32,748 nt of DNA from sequence record SRR31156797_19539. The stretch is one strand, 5' to 3'. Made by a program: the position numbers and the translations under genes. Positions 26,532 through 32,748 of the stretch are shown in pieces (position 1 is the stretch's first letter; each line of letters opens with the position of its first letter). The notes beneath the pieces were generated by a model. That model worked only from the letters and a program-made list of their open reading frames with translations, searched no databases and was not told the origin of the DNA.

Positions 26532-27356
26532 TTATTTCTTGATCTCTAGAATTTCAATTAAGTTCAAATCAAAAATTAAAGTTTCGTTTGGTCCAATATT
26601 TTCACCAGCACCACGTTGTCCATAAGCTAAATCCGATGGAATATACAAACGCCATTCCGAACCTTCAGGCATCAATTGAAGCGCTTCGGTCCATCCTTTA
26701 ATTACGCGATTAACACCAAAAGTAGTTGTGTCACCTCGTTCTTTCGAACTGTCGAAAACTGTTCCGTCTAATAGTGTACCATGATAAACACATTTAACTC
26801 TATCTATTCTAACAGGAATGTTACCATTTCCTTTCTTAATAATTTCATATTGAAGTCCACTTTCGGTTACTTTAACACCATCTTTCTTTTTGTTTTCTTC
26901 AAGAAATTTAGCTCCTTCTTTCAAAGCAACTTTACTTCTTACTAATTTTAGAGAATCTTTTAAAGCTTTTTTCTCATTAAGTACTTTTCTTAAGAACACA
27001 TCGGCGCTCATTTGAGTAAAATAAGATTTGCCATAAGCAACTTCATTTAGAAATCCTTTATAGAAAGCATCTTCATTAAAATTCTCGAATTGTTTAATTC
27101 TATATTTGGTATATTGCTTTGTTAATTTTGTTTTAGCAACTGCCTTAGCCATATTTACAAAAGTTACAGAATCCATTTCGAAAGGTACTCGTTCGAAAGT
27201 TTTCTTAAAGTTATTACCTTCCATATAGCCCAAAGCATAACTTACACTATCCATTTTCGTTTTAAAATTCATCTTTCCTGATCTAGGCACTTTATTACAT
27301 GCACCTAAGAAAACTACAGTAGCTATTAAAGCAAGAACAATACTACTTTTTTTCAT
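26532..27356 (-). CDS. FKBP-type peptidyl-prolyl isomerase lipoprotein (FkpA/Mip-like)
   Basis: Lipobox LGAC, DSVSYALG, TESGLQY, YHGTLLDGTVFDSS, VIKGWTEAL, IPSDLAYG. Confidence 0.93.
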   Translation of the reverse strand: MKKSSIVLALIATVVFLGACNKVPRSGKMNFKTKMDSVSYALGYMEGNNFKKTFERVPFEMDSVTFVNMAKAVAKTKLTKQYTKYRIKQFENFNEDAFYKGFLNEVAYGKSYFTQMSADVFLRKVLNEKKALKDSLKLVRSKVALKEGAKFLEENKKKDGVKVTESGLQYEIIKKGNGNIPVRIDRVKCVYHGTLLDGTVFDSSKERGDTTTFGVNRVIKGWTEALQLMPEGSEWRLYIPSDLAYGQRGAGENIGPNETLIFDLNLIEILEIKK

Positions 27357-27688
27357 GTGTTTTGAATCTGTTTTGTGAGTATGAAATTGGTTTTGTTGGA
27401 GAAATTTGCGAACAAATTTCTCAATCGAAGCGAATTTACAATTTTGAGTTTTAAAATGAAAGAAGATTCATTTGTTTAAGAAATACTATTTATAATAATT
27501 CTACTATTAGTTTTATTTGAATTGGAAATGATGTTAAATGTGGATTGTGTAAATTTAGAAGCAGATAATACCTTCAAATAGGAGGAAAGAAACCTTATTA
27601 GTATTTAAAAAATTCCAAATATTTAGGAAGTGAATCGATAAAGTACACATCAATAAAATTATACACAATAACCAATTCAGGAAATGAA

Positions 27689-28888
27689 ATGAAGAATATA
27701 CTAAGTACTATTTTAATCGTATTAATCATTGTAGCCACAAGTTGTAAGAACAAAGATCAGGCAATTCCGTTGCCCGATAATGCTTTTCCAATAGTTTATC
27801 GCGGACATTTGTATGTGAAGGGTAATGCAGATAGTATTCAGGGCAATTTTGTATTTGATACAGGAGCATCTAATTTTTATTACGACAGTACTTATTTTGC
27901 AGGGAATGAATATAACTATTCCGACTATTTTTCGGCACTGCTACCCGGTGCTGGTGCTACTCCTCAAAAGGTTGAAGTAATAAAAGATACCGTAGCTTTT
28001 CAGTTTGGTGAGCATTTATATCGAACCAATATTGTTCCTATTTTAAAATTAAAACCAATATTAGGCGATTTTGCCGATGGTATTTTAGGTATGGAATATT
28101 TCTACGGATCGGTATTGGAAATTAATTATGAGAGAGAATACATGTGTTTTTATCGAAGTTTAGATTCTATTGAAACATTAGGCTATGATAAAATAAAGTT
28201 GAGCAAAAAAGGCAATCGCCTGTTTATTCCTTTACAAGTGAATATTAACGATAGCTTAAGTATAGCAGGAGAATATCAGGTAGATTTTGGTTGTGGAGGT
28301 AGTGTTGTGCTAACAAGTGCTACTACTAGGAAGTACAATTTATCAGAAAATATTAAAAATAAAACAGCCTATTTCACCAAGTATGGTGGCGTTGGAGGGG
28401 AATCGTCGAGCTACGATTTTAGGACTGCATCGGTACAAATTGGCGATTTCGAATTTGCAGATGTGTGTATGGATTTTAGTACCGATAAGAGTGGTGCATT
28501 GAGTTCTAATAAGCATCTGGGCTTGCTAGGGAATGGCATTTATGAAAGGTTTAATGTATTCATCGATTTTATAAATAATGAACTGTATTTAAAGCCCAAT
28601 GGAAAATACGAAGAGCCATTTGAGTTTTCTAAATTGAGCTTTTCATACGTTGATAGAAATCAGACTATGAACGCATGGATAGTTACCGGACTGTACAACA
28701 ATTGCAATGCCGAAAAAGCAGGATTAAAAATAGACGATAAGATAATAGCAGTTAATGGAATGGATATTCATGAGATATCATACGAATCTCAAAAAGGATT
28801 TTGGGATGAACTATCAAATGTAGTTTTAAGGGTGAAAAGAGGTGAGGAGCAAAAAGAGATTGCATTTAAGTTGGTGCCAATTCAGTAA
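27689..28888 (+). CDS. Lipoprotein with tandem retropepsin-like aspartyl protease domains and C-terminal PDZ
   Basis: Lipobox ATSC; FVFDTGAS...DGILG; second domain QVDFGCGG...GLLG; PDZ AEKAGLKIDDKIIAVNG. Confidence 0.82.
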   Translation: MKNILSTILIVLIIVATSCKNKDQAIPLPDNAFPIVYRGHLYVKGNADSIQGNFVFDTGASNFYYDSTYFAGNEYNYSDYFSALLPGAGATPQKVEVIKDTVAFQFGEHLYRTNIVPILKLKPILGDFADGILGMEYFYGSVLEINYEREYMCFYRSLDSIETLGYDKIKLSKKGNRLFIPLQVNINDSLSIAGEYQVDFGCGGSVVLTSATTRKYNLSENIKNKTAYFTKYGGVGGESSSYDFRTASVQIGDFEFADVCMDFSTDKSGALSSNKHLGLLGNGIYERFNVFIDFINNELYLKPNGKYEEPFEFSKLSFSYVDRNQTMNAWIVTGLYNNCNAEKAGLKIDDKIIAVNGMDIHEISYESQKGFWDELSNVVLRVKRGEEQKEIAFKLVPIQ

Positions 28889-29009
28889 TCTTAAATTTGA
28901 ATAGGTCAGTAAGAAGATTAAAAAATAGACCAATAATTAAGAATGAGAATATATAAGATTTAAAATGCAGCTTTTTGATTTCAGATTCTTCTTTAAAAGA
29001 AAATTGATT

Positions 29010-30089
29010 ATGAGAAAAATTGCATTATTAATAATGCTGATACAATTTCTATCCATAACGATTTTGTACAGTCAGGAAAAAATAAAAACAGACACATTTA
29101 CTTTTGTATTCGAAGGTGAAAAACGAAGTGGTTTAATAAGCTTACCCTTAAATTCAGATCCTGTAGCAAGCGTTATCATTGTTCCTGGTCATGAGATGAC
29201 CGACTTTGGAAAACCACATTGGTACTACGATGCACTCATCTCGATTTTTACAGATAATGGTTTGGCTTGTATTCGTTGGGATAAAGCCGGTTGCGGGGAT
29301 AGTGAAGGAGAGTACAATCACAATCAGACGGTTCAAAATAGTGCTGCGGAAGTATTAGCGGCGATTCATGAGGTAAAAAGACAAAAGCTCCCAGCTTCTT
29401 CAAAAATTGGTTTATGGGGAATAAGTCGTGCCGGATATATTTGTCCATTAGTAATTCAAAATGAGCCATCTATTGCTTTTTGGATTTCGGTAAGTGGAAC
29501 TGACGGGTTAAATAGTTATCCTTACAAATTACAATCAGATTTGATATTTGCCGGATTGGATGAGGCGAAGGCGGAACTATTCGTGTCTGAATATCTTAAG
29601 CAAAAAGCTTTGATTGAAAATGGTGGAAGTTTTGAGGAGTATGAACAACTTAAATCTGATCAGAAGTTTCGAAAAAATGATTTCTTTATGTCTTATTTGA
29701 ACATTGATAGAGTTTTCCCTAAAGAGTTTTATTATAAGTATCAGAAATCGTTAAAAGTGGAATACCTGCGAGATGAAAAATCTAATTTAAGAATTTTAGT
29801 TCCGGATTTTCCAGATGTACTTAAGGGGGTTTCTTGTCCTGTATTGGCTCTTTTTGGAGAAAAGGATTTTGTAGTTGATTGGCGAAAAACTTTATCACTT
29901 TACGAAGAGACTATAGGTGCGAATGGTGGCAATTTGCTTACGGTTAAAACTTTTCCTAATGGCAATCATAGTGTAATAAAATGTACCACAGGTGCATCTA
30001 ATGAAATAATAGAGAAATTAGAATTTTGTAATGAGTATTTAAATTCGATTGACTTGTGGTTAAAAGGTATTAATTTGGAAAATAATTAA
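29010..30089 (+). CDS. Secreted alpha/beta hydrolase
   Basis: Signal peptide LYS|Q, WDKAGCGDSEG, IGLWGISRAG nucleophile elbow, PVLALFGEKD, FPNGNH. Start reassigned to ATG 29010. Confidence 0.85.
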   Translation: MRKIALLIMLIQFLSITILYSQEKIKTDTFTFVFEGEKRSGLISLPLNSDPVASVIIVPGHEMTDFGKPHWYYDALISIFTDNGLACIRWDKAGCGDSEGEYNHNQTVQNSAAEVLAAIHEVKRQKLPASSKIGLWGISRAGYICPLVIQNEPSIAFWISVSGTDGLNSYPYKLQSDLIFAGLDEAKAELFVSEYLKQKALIENGGSFEEYEQLKSDQKFRKNDFFMSYLNIDRVFPKEFYYKYQKSLKVEYLRDEKSNLRILVPDFPDVLKGVSCPVLALFGEKDFVVDWRKTLSLYEETIGANGGNLLTVKTFPNGNHSVIKCTTGASNEIIEKLEFCNEYLNSIDLWLKGINLENN

Positions 30090-30237
30090 TTCACGATAAT
30101 AATTATTGATCTTATTTGGTGGATGGTCTTCATTTTTGAAAATGGTGAGACTTAATAGTAACATGAGATGACAGCTTGCTCACTGATATTGAGCTTTAGT
30201 TGAAATATTAATACATACAATTAAATGTAATATTATA

Positions 30238-30672
30238 ATGGAAGACAGAACAACACCAATAATTATAGAACATGTATTTAGTAAAACCAAAGAGGAGGTT
30301 TGGAAAGCAATTACCGATCCTAACAAAATGCGATTGTGGTTTTTCGAAAATATGCCCGATTATTCAGCCAAGGTAGGCTTCGAAACCAAATTTAACGTGG
30401 ATGCAGGAGAAAGACAGTTTATGCATCTGTGGAAAATTACAGAAGTTATTCCAATGCAAAAGTTGGTGTGCACTTGGCAGTACGAAGGCTACGAGGGGAG
30501 TGCCGATGTTATCTACGAACTAGAGGGTGATGGAGGTAATAGCAAATTAAGAGTAACAGTAATGGGTTTATATACTTTTGATAGTAATATTCCCGAATTT
30601 ACGCGAGAAAGTTGTGAAGGTGGCTGGCACTATTTTATTAATCAACGTTTAAAAGAGTATTTTCAGAAATAA
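30238..30672 (+). CDS. SRPBCC/AHSA1-like (START-fold) protein
   Basis: EEVWKAITDPNKMRLWF, ITEVIPMQKLVCTW, C-terminal GGWHYFINQRLKEY. Confidence 0.88.
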   Translation: MEDRTTPIIIEHVFSKTKEEVWKAITDPNKMRLWFFENMPDYSAKVGFETKFNVDAGERQFMHLWKITEVIPMQKLVCTWQYEGYEGSADVIYELEGDGGNSKLRVTVMGLYTFDSNIPEFTRESCEGGWHYFINQRLKEYFQK

Positions 30673-31478
30673 TGAGTAGAATATTGAAATATTTAGGAAG
30701 AGCTTTTCTATTTGTTGTATTAACAGTTGTTAGTCAGGTAGGAGGTTTGGTGTATTTTTTGAGTGCGATTTTAAGTAATCGGATTAGAGGCAGATTTGCT
30801 GGAAAAGGATTCCTGATTTTTGCAATGCTTTACGTACTGACAACATTTTTAATTGTACCATATACTGCTCCTTTTTTTGGTAGAGAGAAAATTAAGAATA
30901 ACAGATATTTACAATCAGCTAATTTCTTGAGTATAGTATTGAATAGAAACTATGTTACGCCTGAAACAAATGTCTTTCTACAAAATATTTCTAATCATCT
31001 AGCCCAAGCAAATTCAGATGTTCAGGCTCGTTATCTCGATGCCTGCTTTCCTTTTTTTAAGGGTTTTCCTTTGTTACCGCATCTTAGTCATAAGGATGGT
31101 TGCAAAATTGACTTCAGCTTGGTGTATGAAGATGAGGATGGAAAAGTTGTAAATAAAGGAAAATCGAGAAGTGGCTATGGTGTTTTTGAAGACGCTAAAG
31201 ATAATGAGTTCAATCAATGTTTTGATTGTTTGCAAAAAGGCTATTTCCAATACGATTATCCAAAATATTTAACTTTAGGAAAAATCAATCCTGAATTAAA
31301 GTTTTCGAAGAAAGGAACGAAGGAATTGATAGATGCGATTTTAAGTCAGAAAGCATTAAGTAAAATGTTTATTGAACCACACCTTAAAAATAGAATGAAT
31401 TTAAGTGATAATAGAATTAGATTTCACGGATGTGGCGCAGTTAGGCATGATGATCATATTCATGCACAAATCAATTGA
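30672..31478 (+). CDS. Membrane-anchored putative LAS-type (MepA/M74-like) metallopeptidase
   Basis: N-terminal hydrophobic segments; PHLSHKDGCKIDF (H-x6-D from the second His) and C-terminal HDDHIH (HxH). TAATG overlap with the upstream gene. Confidence 0.6.
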   Translation: MSRILKYLGRAFLFVVLTVVSQVGGLVYFLSAILSNRIRGRFAGKGFLIFAMLYVLTTFLIVPYTAPFFGREKIKNNRYLQSANFLSIVLNRNYVTPETNVFLQNISNHLAQANSDVQARYLDACFPFFKGFPLLPHLSHKDGCKIDFSLVYEDEDGKVVNKGKSRSGYGVFEDAKDNEFNQCFDCLQKGYFQYDYPKYLTLGKINPELKFSKKGTKELIDAILSQKALSKMFIEPHLKNRMNLSDNRIRFHGCGAVRHDDHIHAQIN

Positions 31479-31522
31479 AAAGATTGAACTGTTTACGATG
31501 AAATCAGATGAACTTCTTTCTT

Positions 31523-32674
31523 ATGAAAAAATTGGTGTTTTTTTTAGTTTTGATAATTCCGGCAGTACTTATTGCTCAGGAAATTAAATCTGTTCAAATC
31601 TATTCGGAGATTTTGAATCAGCAAAGAGAAATTCTGATTTATTTACCATTGGAATATGAGGCTGAATCGAATAGGAAATTTGAGACTATTTATGTTTTCG
31701 ATGCACAGGCTAGACAATATTTCGACTTTGTTCATTCCAGCATGAACTTTATAAAAGAACAGTTTCCTATGATTGTGGTTGGAATTAAGTCTCCGCAAAG
31801 AGGTTTTGATTTTTTACCCCAAAACAATCATCATCAAACATTTGAGAATAGGAGAGGAATGCTCGGCAAAGCAGATCAGTTTATGGATTTTATAAAGGAT
31901 GAACTTATTCCGCATATGAATAGCAACTATAGAGTGTTATCGGAAAGAATTGCCATTGGTCATTCAAATGGAGGAACGTTTATTTCCTATTGTTTAATGG
32001 AAAATCCAAGTATGTTTAATGCCTATATTACTATTTCGCCAAACTTTGCTTACGATAAATCCCAATTTGTAAAGCGATTTAAAAAATTTAATTTGGATGC
32101 TGTTGATACTCAAAAATATTTCTACTTGTGTAAAGCAAATGAATCAGGAGCAGGATGGAAATCATCAAATAAAAAAGTTAAAGCATTATTTGAGAGTAAG
32201 GTATATACAAAGAAATTTCATTTTAAATTCGATGATTTATCTAAAACGGAAGATCATAGTTCCGTATTTACCTTTGGAACGTTACTTGGGTTAAATAACT
32301 TCCTGGATTACCGTTTTTTAAATTCCAATGAGTTGATTCAATATTATGACCGATTGGAAAGTAATAAGGAAATGAAACTGGGTTCAGAAGAAATTAATAC
32401 CCTTGCGTACTTACTGTTCAGAAAAGAAAAAGTAAATGATGCCATCCAAGTTATTAATTGGGGGATTAGAAAATATCCACTGTCTCATAATTTATATGAT
32501 AGCAAGGGGGAGTTTCAAGAGTTTATGGGATATAGGGAAAGAGCTAAGGCTTCTTATCAAAAAGCTATTGATGTGTTGATGGAACAAAAATCTACATTGC
32601 CAATGGCATTTTATGAGCAAAGATTAAGATTGTATAAAGAGAGTATGAATCGCATTAGTATCGAAAATAAATAA
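31523..32674 (+). CDS. Secreted IroE/Fes-like esterase with C-terminal TPR region
   Basis: Signal peptide LIA|Q, REILIYLP, YVFDA, FIKDELIP, GHSNGG, ISP, EDH; TPR-like INTLAY...NLYDSKGE...SYQKAI. Start reassigned to ATG 31523. Confidence 0.85.
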   Translation: MKKLVFFLVLIIPAVLIAQEIKSVQIYSEILNQQREILIYLPLEYEAESNRKFETIYVFDAQARQYFDFVHSSMNFIKEQFPMIVVGIKSPQRGFDFLPQNNHHQTFENRRGMLGKADQFMDFIKDELIPHMNSNYRVLSERIAIGHSNGGTFISYCLMENPSMFNAYITISPNFAYDKSQFVKRFKKFNLDAVDTQKYFYLCKANESGAGWKSSNKKVKALFESKVYTKKFHFKFDDLSKTEDHSSVFTFGTLLGLNNFLDYRFLNSNELIQYYDRLESNKEMKLGSEEINTLAYLLFRKEKVNDAIQVINWGIRKYPLSHNLYDSKGEFQEFMGYRERAKASYQKAIDVLMEQKSTLPMAFYEQRLRLYKESMNRISIENK

Positions 32675-32726
32675 TAATATGGATTGATACTTGACTTTTA
32701 AAGCGATTTTAAAATTTGCACCAAAG

Positions 32727-32748
32727 AAAAAGCCCGGGTCCCCACCCA
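32727..32748 (-). terminator. Probable terminator of a convergent gene outside the window (truncated by window edge)
   Basis: AAAAA-GCCCGGGT-CCCC-ACCCA: the visible GGGT/ACCC stem with an A-tract on the left. Confidence 0.5.

Noticed and set aside
27484-27510. TACTATT half-sites upstream of the aspartyl protease as further BlaI operators
   Set aside because: No TAGTA partner at N6 spacing; expected by chance in very AT-rich DNA.
30126-30194. Two weak hairpins in the spacer before the SRPBCC gene as an attC site or ncRNA
   Set aside because: The stems are short and AT-rich, are not repeated in other spacers, and lack convincing attC core boxes.
1189-32294. Short alternative-frame or antisense ORFs (1189-1374, 4622-4822, 5087-5347, 6058-6345, 6087-6275, 11994-12203, 14611-14796, 17409-17606, 18451-18687, 18620-18820, 20201-20386, 21948-22280, 24936-25139, 28317-28502, 29154-29336, 29248-29469, 31405-31587, 32097-32294)
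   Set aside because: All lie within or across well-supported genes and show no recognisable motifs, as expected for shadow ORFs.
32732-32748. Start of a tRNA-Leu (GCCCGGGT...)
   Set aside because: It continues CCCCACCCA rather than forming a D-arm, and folds back as a terminator-like stem with an A-tract.

Overview
AT-rich Bacteroidota chromosomal window, probably a marine Bacteroidales/Marinilabiliales-type organism. This rests on TAnnTTTG -7 promoter elements, A-rich non-Shine-Dalgarno translation starts, and many signal peptides cleaved before Gln. 1-8.8 kb is mostly housekeeping (3' end of rpsA, STAS protein, rnz, C1 aminopeptidase, guaA, S41 protease, THUMP rRNA methyltransferase), with an orphan pseudo-receiver/Hpt gene. 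8.8-14.3 kb holds an orphan siaB-siaC kinase/phosphoprotein pair that converges on an uncharacterised three-gene operon: a membrane-anchored helical protein, a small secreted protein and a 1022-aa ABCG-like transporter with a long N-terminal extension. Next come an S9B peptidase, a MATE transporter and an Omp85-like barrel. Two inverted paralogous BlaI + M56-peptidase/TonB-C operons flank tag and a thioredoxin; each carries three TACTA-N6-TAGTA operator boxes, one sitting exactly over the -7 promoter element. The window ends with an FKBP lipoprotein and an accessory run of secreted hydrolases, including a membrane-anchored MepA-like metallopeptidase. No rRNA, tRNA, CRISPR array or mobile element was seen. 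All protein calls are from motif recognition, not database searches.
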